Of a DNA stretch of 64,000 nucleotides, positions 37,626 to 49,744 are shown piece after piece; position 1 is the stretch's first letter, and each line of letters starts with the position of its first letter. The translations under genes and the position numbers were made by a program. The notes under the pieces are model-generated. The model was given only the letters and a program-made list of their open reading frames with translations, had not been told where the DNA came from and did no database searches. The DNA is from the human T2T-CHM13v2.0 reference genome, Homo sapiens: NCBI RefSeq assembly GCF_009914755.1, contig NC_060926.1, one strand, 5' to 3'.

Positions 37626-38394
37626 ATGAGGCCTCAGTCCACCAACTATCTCATTGGCTCAGAATTTCACAGACGTAGCAGCATATCATGGGTGACGACC
37701 CCACTCCCACACCCCTCCCACACGCTGGCTCTGCTCTGCCTACCTGTACTTTCGGAGTCAGGTCTTCAAGGCAAAAGCGCTGCTCCTTGTGGTTGCCTCC
37801 TGGCTCCTAGGGGAGAATCCAGGAGGCTGCTTTTCCCCATGGAATGACTGGCTGCCATATGGTTCCCAGTAAAGCAAAGGCAGGAAACCTCCTATTCCCT
37901 CTGCCCAACCCTAGGATTCTGGCTTCCTTCCCAGACCCAGAAGAGAGACATGACTACCAGATTATAGGGTAGTGGGCCCACCTGTTTACCATAATCTGTA
38001 GAGGGCATTATCCCATCCACCCCAACTTGGGAGAAAAGCTGAGTAGAACATTGTTTGATAAGAATGGCTTTTCATCCATTGTACAAGATAAAAAGCTACC
38101 TCCTTCATTTTGTTGGATTGCAGGATCAATCAAGTACACAGCTTTTTGTTTAGCAAGAAGCCACCTGTTTACCATTTGTAAAGGGATTTGATTGCCTCCA
38201 AGAAATATTAGTGTGGAGCTGCAGTATTCTACCCACCGAGGAAGGGCAAGAGGCACAGAAATCGAGAGAAAAAGTTATAAGCCTTTGGGAAATTAGGTCT
38301 CTAGGAGGTTGATTGAAAATAACGAAAACTATTATAAGCCAAGCCTGTATTAAGTACACTGTTCACTGCCTCTATTACTCTCACAACATTCCTG

Positions 38395-38515
38395 CAGTCA
38401 TTTGTATTTTATAGATTGAGAAACTGAGGCTCACATGACTTGCCTGAGATCTAACAACTGGTAAATTGTAAGGTCCATATTTAATCCCAAGCCTAAGTTT
38501 TGTTCTTTTAGCCAT
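38395..38515 (-). mobile_element. MIR core
   Basis: 'attttatagattgagaaactgaggctcacatgacttgcctgagatc'. Confidence 0.7.
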
Positions 38516-41500
38516 CATTCCTAGGCAAATATGCTGAAAGGTCCTGTTGAGGCATTTTAAAACAACTTCCCCTAGCTCAGACCTGGATGTTACTAGTAGG
38601 TCGAGGTCACTATTGGGGCTTAGAAATTTCCAGTCTTCCTTGGAGGATAAACAAGTTGCCAATTACTATGATAAAGGAACTGTCATCTCATGAGATTATG
38701 GAGCAAGGAGGACTCTAAGGAATGGAGGTTCAGCCAGTGCAGTGACAGTAGACACAGCAGAGAGCTGGGTGGGGAGCTGGAAAGCATTGTAGTTGACAGA
38801 TATGTGGGATACAGGGTTACTAGGTCTAAGAGGAAAGTAAAATCAGGGGACAGTGCTGGCCAGGAATCCAGAGTTGAGAAGGTGAGGCTGGTAGATGGAG
38901 TAGGGAGAGAATCCAGGGCAAAATGCTGCAGAGAAACATAGTAGTCTAGTTGGCTAAAGTCGAAGCAGAAAACCCACACAGTATGCAGGCAAGAAACAGG
39001 ACTGATGCCAGGGAGTGTCAGTCAGCAGAAGTCAATTCTACCCAGCATTCTTTGACTCCAAAGACACAAGATCCTTTGAACTCAGTGAACCAGGATATAT
39101 GACTCACCCCTGCGTGGTACTAAAGGGCTACTGTCCACACATAGCCTATGCCTGCATGGCAGCCCAGGACACACGATCCTGACCCAGAGAATGAGAATCC
39201 CTCCCCCAAGCAGTTTTCTTGGATTCTAAAAGAATTTGGCTTGGAAAACTTCCAAACTTTAGGCAAAACAGCTTACAAGGAAATACTCTTATTTTAAACC
39301 AAAGTGCTTGTGGTTGATCAGGTAAGCAGTGTGCAACTATGCATGCAGCAACACACTGCTTCCTCCATCAAAAAGGTCTTGCAAGGAAAAAAAGTGTCAA
39401 CTGAACTAACTTGTAAACTTAGTGATGAAGGTGATTTACATCCTTGTGCAAGCTCCTTATCTCATCAATGACTGTCTATGGCAACCTGTTTTAAACTATT
39501 CTGCTCCAGCTCTTTAGGCATCAGACACCTCCCAAACAAATCCCACTGTCCACTCATGTCCTAGGAGACTGACAGCATGGGAAAGTAGGGTCTGAAGGAC
39601 TCACGTTTAAGATAATGGTTCATTCAGCTTGACTCAAACAATGGGGTACTTATTCTATCCTTTTCTCCCCAAAGTGACAGAGTGATTGTTCCTAAGAAAC
39701 AAAGAGGACGTGCCCACTTATGAAAGGGAAGAGAAAGGATGAATGCTAGGTCATTCATCCCAAAAGAATGCTTTTCCTTTAGGGAAAAACTTCTCTTCCC
39801 TTTGGTAAGAAGCAGTCAGTAGGTTTCCTGTAAATCTGATAACTAACAAGGCCGAAACTTCATGGACCTGAATCTGTCAAAGAAAAGAAAGGCCGCCTGA
39901 ATTATTTCAAAGGGACAAATTATTACTTCACAGTCATCTGATGCTAATCCAACTCTTTATCACCTGAGATGATTTTCTCCAACTGCCAATGTCCCATGGC
40001 AGATTTAAAGCAGATCCAAGAAGCTCCATACTACAGATTTCCTCTTCATCTGTTAGAGGCTGCTGTCTTGTCAGAAAGGGGATTTGGGAAATGCCATCTT
40101 TTCTGCAGACCCATCCTTGGAGAGATGTCTGCCTCATTAATGACAAGGCCACTTTATCATCTCTCAGAGAAAATCTTCCCCTGGCTGCCTTGGGAGGCAG
40201 TCTCCTCTCCATCCTGCTCCATACCTTTGTTGCCTATCAGCTTCTATCTTGATTGGGTCCTGGTCATATCAGAATTAGCTGTGAAGTAGGAAAAACCAGC
40301 TGGCCAGGCAGATGTACCCCAGGGCAGGAATGGGGTGATGGTCTGACCTCAGAAGGAAGCAGGAAGTCGGGGTGTATCAGAGCCCTTGGCTGAGTTGCTG
40401 AGTAACCTCAGGGCAGTGGTTTTAAATGTTGGGGGGTCACAGATCCTGCTGAAAAGCTGATGAAAGCTATGGACTCCCCACTTTGGACCAAATTAAAAGC
40501 CATTGACTTAGTGGCTGTCACCCACCCCCACTTAAGCTCCTACTTTATAAGTCCCCAGGGATCTATGGCTAGGTATATTTGGATTTTCAGTGCTGAAAGA
40601 ATAGCCCAAGTGGGATATCATAAACACACACGCCTCGGAGGAAAGGGGAGATCTGGGTTTTAATTCTCACAATATCTATGTGCTTGGTTATGGGAAAGCC
40701 ACATTTCTTCTAGTACCCATGCCATAAAAGTGAGCCTGAAAAATTGCTTCTTTAAGGAATCCTAAGTGTTTCATGGAGCAACCATGGGGCTATAGCCATT
40801 GGCAAGATGGAGGCTGGAAGCAAGGTTTTGTGGCCACTTTCTCATTCTTCCTCTTCAGTTAGAGCTGCTTTTCTGGCCTTTAAAATTTTGAAGCTCTCTG
40901 GATTAAAGGGTCTCTAAATTTCCTTCCAGAGTTAACTTTTTAGTAGTCTAGATCTGGCCCCGGACAGAGAAAGGAGCCAAGGGTGGACAGTTCAACTAAG
41001 GGGCCTCACTGTAATATGCATTTCTGAGCTCTTGCCTCTACTCCAACAGAACGTAGGTCCGTCTTCAACTGTGTAGTCTCACGGACAACCAGCTCATGCT
41101 AGATGCACCTGCAAATTGTATGGAACAGAGAAAGGTAGAAATCTCTTCCTGGAGAAAGAGGAATGCAGGCTGCTTTGCCCTCATTTCCAATCCCTCCATT
41201 TCCAAAGAGCTGAGTCTTGCAAAGTTCCAGGGCCACTAAGTGAACGCTGAAGGAAGCAGCAGGCTGCTCCCGACCCACTCAGTGTAGAGCTGTTTTACTG
41301 GTATTGTTCTGCTAACTTGCTAAATAGCTATAATTAAAACCAGGCTATTATCATTAATTATGATCTTCCCTCTTCTGATTGGCAGGTTGGTGCTTTTATC
41401 AAATTTCAGAGAGGAGCATTTCTGTGTCTTCCAGGATGCAAGAAAGATAGATGGGGCTTAATTGTTCTGACTTTGGAGCAAAGGGCATGGTGGCATTGTC

Positions 41501-42406
41501 AGGCATGGCAAACTTTTGTACTTGTGGGGCGGGCCCTCCTGCCAGCTTGTCCAGACACAACAGGCTGCTGGCTGTCTCCCCGCCTCCTGCGTGGGCTTTA
41601 AACTCTTTACAAAGTAATGAGGTAGAACTGGGAGAGGAAAGGAAATTTCACAGGCAAGAATGGGGCAAAAGTTCTACCCAGCTGTTTTAAGGCTCAGCTG
41701 AAATGCCACTTCCTCCATGAAACTTTTCCCAATCCCCCACCCTCTTCATCTTTTCCAAGTCAAAATGATCCTCTTCACCTTTTCCAAGTGAAAATGAATT
41801 ATTTTCTCATTATTACTTTCATTACCTGTACTCCCCCACTTTCCCTCATTTTAAACCTCAAATTTTCTGTAGTTTCTACTCCCAGCAGATTGGAGGGAGA
41901 AACAACTAGAGCTTCCTCAGTTCAGAAGGCCAAAGGAGCCTGCAGAATGGGGTGTGACTTTTTTGGCTCTGCCCTTCTGATCTGACCCTCAGCCCTTCAG
42001 CAGCTCAGTGAAGACCCACACACACACATCACAGTCCCCCCACCCAATTCCTCCATCTGCAAACAGGGACTCCGTCTGAGGTTGCCTCAATAAACTTAAT
42101 CATTTCTAAGCTGGCCATGAAAAGGTTGTGAAGGACTGTAGGTGTGAGAGCATCGATGTCCCCTCAAAACAAATCTCGAGGGATTTGAAGCAGAACAACT
42201 TCTAGAACTCGACTGTCAGACCGGAAAGTTTAAAATCAAGAGAATAAAGCCAGACAAGAAGAAACCAAGCCACAAATTGCAAACAAGTCATTTTTCTAAA
42301 AAATGGAAATAATAAAAACTATGAAGCAAAACATAATGTCTCAATATAAACCATTACAGTGAGTTAAATTGAAACTTAATTTGTTTATAAAAACTAGATA
42401 ATACCA

Positions 42407-42736
<330 letters not shown>

Positions 42737-42766
42737 TCAAAAGGGCTGTTTATGTTTACCTAATGC

Positions 42767-42940
42767 TAAAGTTGCCAGATAAAATCCAGGACACCCAGTT
42801 AAATTTTGACTTTCAGATAAACAACAAATACAACTTTTAGTGATGTGTATCCCAAATATTGTAAACATCAGATGTGATTATCTGAAGTTCAAACTTAACT
42901 GATCATCATGTATTTTTATTTGCTAAAGCTGGTCACTCTA
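42767..42940. mobile_element. MER53 palindromic MITE
   Basis: 'gttgccagataaaatccaggacacccagttaaattttgactttcagataa...ttatctgaagttcaaacttaactg...tatttttatttgctaaagctgg'; the arms are inverted copies of each other. Confidence 0.85.
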
Positions 42941-43021
42941 CCTATTACTCTAATGTTTTTCCTTGGTCATAAACGGAAGTGCAAATAAGCTTAATGTTTA
43001 TATTGATAGAGAATTTTTTCA

Positions 43022-43180
43022 TGAAGGAAGGAAGGAAGGGAGCAGAGGGTGAGAGAGAGAGACGACAGAGAGAGGAAGGGAGAGAGGAAGGAGGAAGGAA
43101 GAAAGGAAGGGAAGGGAAGGTAAAAGAAAAAAAGAAAAAGAAAAAGAAAAGAGGAAAGGAAAGGAAAAGAAAAGAAAAGA
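43022..43180. repeat. GA-rich polypurine tract
   Basis: Mixed (GGAA)n, (GA)n and (GAAAA)n. Confidence 0.9.
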
Positions 43181-43711
43181 AGTACAGCATTAAAGAATCC
43201 CTTACTTCCCTGTTAGGCAGGTCAAAACAATGGTTATCCAGCAACCAAGCCTGTGCTAACTCCAGCTATTGAGGTCTGCCAGCCATTCCCCAACCTGGTC
43301 TTTTCCTTATTCTAGGTTTTTCCTTTAAGTATCCTACTGCCTTAATGCTGTTAAGCTCATTTATTTTCAGTGAATTCCTTCAAGGCCCAGGTTTAGGCCA
43401 TCTTCACCAGAAAACCTTCCCAGACTCTCCATCCTCTGGCCTCTGCCCTGTGATATTCCTTGGTGCATGATGATGAATTTCTGAGGATGGGTGCTGTGAC
43501 TTGTCTACCACTGTATCTCCCCAACTGTGTCTAGCATAACACCAGGCTCACAGGGGCCCTCAGTAAAGAATGCTGAATTGAAACATGTTCTTTTCCCAAG
43601 AGATGAATACAGAGAAGCCAACTAACTCAGATTCAATGGGGTAAAAACTAGGCTCAGACCTGCTCACTCCTTGAAGAGTAAGATGGAATTTTCTCATATG
43701 CCAATTAAATA

Positions 43712-46372
43712 TGGATAACCTTTGAACAACAGGAGTTTGGACCGCACGGGTCCACTTACATGTGAATTTTTTTCAATAAATATATTGGAAAATTTTTTGG
43801 AGATTTGTGACAGTTTGAGAAAACTCACAGATATAGTACATAGCCTGGAAATATCAAAAAATAAGAAAAAGTTATGTATGTTATGAATCATAAAATATAT
43901 GTAGATACTAGTCTATTTTATCATTTACTACCATAAAACATACACAAATCTATAAGTTAAAATGTATTAAAACTTATTGTGCACACAAACACAGACTGTA
44001 CATGGCATTGTTCATAATTGAGAGAAATGTGAACAAATGTAAAGATGCAGCATTAAATCATAACTATGAAATTAATTTTAGTTAATACTGTACTACTGTA
44101 ATAGTTTCATAACCACCTGTTACTATTGCAAGAGGTCAAGTGTTGAATCTGTTTAAAATCTTCATGTTAAAAAAAACATGAGTAGTTTTCTCTCCAGTAA
44201 ATTTCATATCATAGTAAAATGTGATCTCTCATAGTTCTCACATATTATTCATCATGTTTAGTGCAATACTGTAAACCTTTAATAACACCATGGGACCCAT
44301 ACAAAGTGACAGTAGTGATGCTGGAACTGCTCCCAAGAAGCAGAGAAAAGTCATGACGTTACAAGAAAAAGATGAATTGCTTGATATGTGCCATAGATTG
44401 AGGTCTGCAGCTGCCAGCCATTTCAAGATAAATGAATCCAGCATAAAGACCATTGTAAAAAAAAAAATGTGAAGCCATTGCTGTGGCTACACCTGCAGGC
44501 ATAAAAACCTTGCACTTCGGGGTAAATACCTTTTTATGTCAGATTGAAAATAAAGCTTTTATATGAATGCAGGATTGTTATAAGAAAGCCATACCTATAG
44601 AGTCTAATGTGATTTGAGAAAAAGCCAACTTATTATGTAACAACTTAGAGCAAAAGGAAGGTGAAGGATCTAAAACTGGAGAAGGTAATGTCAGCAAAGG
44701 ATGGTTTGATAATTTTAAGAAAAAGTTTGGGTTATAAAAATGTCAAGATAACAGGGAAGCAGCTTCTGCTGACCAAGAGACAACAGAAGAGTTTTAGATG
44801 CCATGAAGAAAATTATCTAGGAGAAAGGATATCTGCCTGAATAGATTTTTAATGCAGATTAAAGTACCCTACTCAGAAAAGAAATGGCCACAAAGCACAT
44901 TTATGAGTAACGAACAGAAGTGAGCACCATGATTCAAGGGAGGAAGGGATAGGCTAACTCTACCATTTTGTGCAAATGCAGATGGGTTTATGATCAGGAC
45001 TTATCAATACAGCTGCTAACTCCTAAACCTTGAAGAGAAAAGCGACAGGTTTGGAGTTATACAAGAAGGCCTAGATGCTGAGACCCTTTTTCTGGATTGG
45101 TGTCCTTAATGCTTTGTCTCTAAAATCAGGAAGTACCTTGCTAGTAAGGGACTACCCTTTAAAGTTCTTTTGATATTGGATAATGCCCCTTGTTGCCCAG
45201 AAACCTGTAAGTTCAAGAATGAAGGCACTGAAGTATTCTACTTGCCTCCAAACACAATGTCTGTAGTTCAGCCTCTAGATCAGGGGGTCACAAGGACCTT
45301 TAAGGCTCATTACACATGATACTCTATGGAAAGGATTGTCAATGCTGTGGAAGAGAACCCCAACAAACAGAACATCACGAAAGTCTGAAAGGATTACACC
45401 ATTGAATATGCCACTGTTGTTATAGAAAACGTTGTGAAAGTCATCAAGCCCAAAACAATCAATTCCTGCTTGAGAAAACCATGCCCAGGTTTTGTATATG
45501 ACTTTGCAGGATTTATGACAATCAAGGAAATCATGAAAGAGATTATGGATATGGCAAAAAAAAAAAAAAGGGTGGAGAATGAATGCTTTCAAGATATGGG
45601 TCTTGGAGAAGTTCAAGAGCTAATAGAAACCACACCAAAGGAATTAACAGAAAATGACTTGATGGAGATGAGTGCCTCCAAACCAGTGCCAGATGATGAG
45701 GAGGAAGACACAGAAGAAGCAGTTCCAGAAAACAAATTGACAGTAGACAATCCAGAAAAAGGGTTCTAATTACTCAAAACTACTTTTTACTTCTTTTGCA
45801 ACATGTATCCTTCTATGAGGGTGCTGAAACTAAAGTACATGGTGGAAGAAGAATTGATATTGTATAGAAACATTTTTAGAGAAATGAGAAAGCAAAAAAG
45901 TCAGACAGAAATTACTAGGTATTTCCATAAAGTTACACCATATATGCCTGCCTCTCCTGCCTTCTCTTCCACCTCCTCCACCTCTTCTGCTCCTGCCACC
46001 TCTGAGATAGCAAGACCAACCCACCCTTTTCCTCCTCCTCCTCAGCCTACTCAACTTGAAGATAATGAAGACCTTTGTAATGATCCACTTCCACTTAATA
46101 AATAGTAAACGTATTTTCTCTTTTTTATAGTTGTGTTAATAACATTTCCTTTCCTCTGGCTTATTTTATTGTAAGAACACAGTATAAAATACACATAATA
46201 TGCAAAGTATGTGTTAACTGACTGTTTATGTTATCAGTAAGACTTTCAGTCAACAGTATGCTATTAGTGGTTAATCATAATAGTAGTTATGTTTTTGGGA
46301 AGTCAAATGTTCTACTTGGATTTTTGACTGTGTAAAGGGTCAACTGTGCAGGGGTTGTTGAAAAGTCAAGTG
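43712..46372 (+). mobile_element. Tigger2 DNA transposon, near full length (~2.66 kb)
   Basis: TA-flanked degenerate TIRs (tggataacctttgaacaac ... gttgttgaaaagtcaagtg) with internal transposase relics. Confidence 0.93.
44290..46105 (+). pseudogene. Decayed Tigger2 (pogo/CENP-B-like DDE) transposase
   Basis: N-terminus MGPI..SDAGTAPKKQRKVMTLQEK.ELLDM; motif-like DNA 'agcaaaggatggtttgataatttt' (SKGWF), 'ttgatattggataatgcccct' (LILDNAP), 'cagcctctagatcagggg' (QPLDQG); acidic C-terminus; multiple stops and frameshifts. Confidence 0.9.
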
Positions 46373-46659
46373 TACATTTCAGCCAGTTAACTAAGAATAA
46401 TCCATCATGCATGTGTAGTACCCTGGCCCTATACCTATCTATTTGCCTGTACCTTCATCTTTGTTAGCCCTTTTATAAGAGACTAAACAGAAAAAGAGAT
46501 GTAACTCAAAACTCAGGCCTACGGCCCCAGCCATGTCCACTTCCTCCCACAAGGGAAGAGAAAGAAGGAAGATGGCCCTTAGCTAACACTACCTTGTCAG
46601 GACTGTGGTCAAGTGCATCTCAGTCTCATGCCATCAAAACCCGGGTGAAAGAGACACTC

Positions 46660-46860
46660 AAGTAAGACAGACCTATATTTAACTTCCAGAAGTTCAATTT
46701 GCACAAGTTATATCACCCCTTTTGGCCTCAGTTCCATCATTTACAACATGGGAATCATTATACCTAGCTCAAAAGGTTTTTATGAAGATTAGCTGATATA
46801 ACACAGCACAGCGCTTAGCTCAACACCTGGCAAATTGGATATTTATTAAATGCCAATTTT
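46660..46860 (+). mobile_element. MIR
   Basis: 'ggcctcagttccatcatttacaacatgggaatcattatacct...gcgcttagctcaacacctggca'. Confidence 0.7.
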
Positions 46861-47059
46861 CAAATTCTTATCAGAAGGTTTCCCATGGTTTACACAGTAA
46901 AGAAGGGAAGAGAAAGACTGAATGAGGAACATTCTCACTTGAAATCAGGAATATTTTAACCCACCCAAGCATTTTGACTACTCTGTGGACTTTTCTCAAT
47001 GCCTCCCTGAATGATTGATTATTGCTGTTTTGTCCAGTGCTTTCACATTTTACTGGGCC

Positions 47060-47594
47060 TACAGTTAGCTTGCTGCCTAACAAACTATCCCCAAAATTTA
47101 GTGGTTTAAAGCAACAACCATTGTATTATATCTCATAAATGCCATAGTTACAAAATTCAGGCATGGTTTTAACTAGTTGATTCTTCTGTTCCATGTGGCA
47201 TGAGCTGGAGTCACTTGTTGGTATTCAGCTGGCAGATAGCTGGTCTTGAGGGCACAGGGTGGCTTCATTCATATGCCTGACAATCTAGCAAGAATAGCAG
47301 GAAGTCTGGGCTTAGCTGGGGCTGTTGGCCACAGTGTCTTCATGGGTATCTCAGAGCACTTGGAAGTCTTAAATGGCGGCTGGCTTCTCCCAAAGTTAGC
47401 ATCTCAAGAGAATCAGGAGAAAGCTGCACGACCTTTTCTGTCCTATGCTCAGAAGTCATCCTGGGTCATTTCTGCCACACACTATTAGTCAAACAGTCAC
47501 AAGCCTGCCTAGATTCAAGGGGAGGGACATAGAGCCCATCACCTCTCAATGAGAGAGGATCAAGGACTTTGGGCCTATATTTTTAAACTGCCAT
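47060..47594 (-). mobile_element. MLT1 (G/H-like) MaLR LTR
   Basis: 'taacaaactatccccaaaatttagtggtttaaagcaacaacc...ctcagaagtca...ttctgccaca...agattcaaggggaggg'. Confidence 0.85.
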
Positions 47595-47595
47595 C

Positions 47596-47715
47596 CTGGG
47601 AATCTTGTCAAAGTGCAGATTCTGGTTGGGTAGGCCTGAGGGTTGGGCCTTGGATTCTACATTTTTAACAGATTCCCAAGTGATGCCAGTATGGACATTT
47701 TAAAAGTCACACTGT
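47596..47715. mobile_element. MER5-family fragment
   Basis: 'cctgggaatcttgtcaaagtgcagattct...tctacatttttaacagattcccaagtgatgc'. Confidence 0.6.
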
Positions 47716-48279
47716 GGGTAGGAAAGGCTTGACAAGCCCATTATGTTGTATCTTCCATTGCACCAAAATTCTGTTACTGTTCCTGTTGTCTCATTCCTGG
47801 TTAGCTTCATTTAATTTAAAACTCAGACAGCCAATCTTTTCTTGTGCTTACTGGAAGGACTGCTATGTTAAGAGACCTTTACTTCAAAAGAAAGAAACAT
47901 CCCTGTGTTTAGATTTCACAAGAGAACCTAAAAGGGCTACCAGGAAAACCTTTGGCAGAGAATGTCAGGTCAGGTAATCATAAAGCCCTCTGGGTACCTT
48001 TTCTCTACCATCCACTTTGAGGAGAGAGTAAGTCCAAAAAGCTAACTGTGAGAGGAGGACTCACTGGTGGTTTATCACCTCTTAGAGGCTCGTGGGATAG
48101 CTGTGACTCAGCTAGTTGCTAACTAGTAAATATTGATGTCTTGGTTTCTGGCAATATAAGTCAATTATCCAATTACCATGGCTGTTCCTAGCTGTGGAGG
48201 ATTGGGCCTGTAGACATTGAGCACATGGTCCAATAAATTGTTTTTTGTTTTTTTTTTTTAAAAAAGGGAAACTATGTAT

Positions 48280-49490
48280 TAAGCTAATGATCAATGATCA
48301 CAATTTTATTTACTAACATTTACTTGCTTACTTAAGGAATGATACAATTCAAAGCAGGATTAGAAGAAATATAAACATCAAGATAAAATATGGTGATGTC
48401 TAGATTAATTATCAGCTGTTATAAATTATCATTCCCATAGGACCAACTTTCTTTAAAGGGACTTTTCCCTTTTTCCCATCGAAACAAGTGCAGATTTTGC
48501 CCTGTGTAGAATTTCCACTGGGGTGGGCTGTTCCAGCTACCGAACCAGCTTCCGAACTCAGAGGCACATGGCACCAGTGGCATTGAAATGCACGCTCCAG
48601 CTTACCTGAAAGGAATTGTTAATATTTCTGTTCAGTATACCTAATTAGCTCTGGAGTACTGAAATTTCACAGAAGTAAAATTTGATATATGTCCATGAAT
48701 TCCTATTAATTTCCCAAAAAGGAGTCCCTCTTACTATATCCAAAATTTTTGCATCTTTTACATTTTCATTGAAAAACCACTTTAAAAAAAAGTTACATGC
48801 CAATTTCTAAGATGTTTCCTCACAATCAGAAAAATGTTGTTACTGTAACATCCAATACACCATTTCCTTCTGACTCCTGGGGAACTCGCTGTTGGTATAA
48901 AAGTGGAATTTTCAAGCTGTTTAGTTGAAATAGAACATTTTGTTAAGTGAAGTCCTAAGGGGAATCCCAACGTATAAAACCAACAAGAGTGAGTAGCTGT
49001 GACTGAATCAACTGTGGGAGCATCTCTGTCTCCAAACACAGTTTGAAAACCACTGAGTAGAAGTTAATTTGAACCAAAAAGTGACTTTGAATATAAATCT
49101 AGTCTGGCTAGATTTATATTAAGCTTTCTTCTTAAAAAGTTCTGTCTTTTTACTTAGTTGCATTTTAAAGCACATTTAAATAGAAATAAATGTTTCCAGG
49201 GATATACAATGGTTTCTCTGCAGTGGAAAGAAAGGAAAAATATATATACACATATATATATACACATATATATCATATACTCTCTATATATATCACATAT
49301 AAGCTAATGAGCAATGTTAACACAATTTTATTTACTAATGTTTACTTGCTTATTTAAGGAATGATATCATTCAAAGCAGGATTACAGGAAATGTAAACCT
49401 CTTGATAAAATATGGCAATGTCTAGATTATCAGGTGTTATAAATTATCATTCCCACAGGATCTATTTTCTTTAAAATGACTTTTTCCTTT
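48280..49490 (+). repeat. Diverged direct duplication: ~190 bp copies at 48280-48472 and 49300-49490
   Basis: Both copies read 'taagctaatga..cacaattttatttactaa..tttacttgctta.ttaaggaatgata..attcaaagcaggatta...tgttataaattatcattccca.agga'. Confidence 0.95.
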
Positions 49491-49497
49491 AAATAAT

Positions 49498-49686
49498 AGA
49501 TGGATGGATGGATAGATAGATAGATAGATAGATAGTAGTGGGGAGGCTGTGGAGAGAAAGTGACAGCCGAGAGAAAGTGACAGCAGAGAGACAGCAGGGG
49601 AAAACACCCACTTCCTGGGTCTGGCCATGCACAGACCCCCAGTACTGTTGTGGAATATCTATCTATCTGTATCTATATAGATAGAT

Positions 49687-49738
<52 letters not shown>
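49498..49738. repeat. STR cluster: (GGAT)/(GATA)n, (TATC)n, (GA)n
   Basis: (GGAT)/(GATA)n at ~49498-49535; (TATC)/(GATA) at 49656-49690; (GA)n at ~49691-49738. Confidence 0.95.
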
Positions 49739-49744
<6 letters not shown>

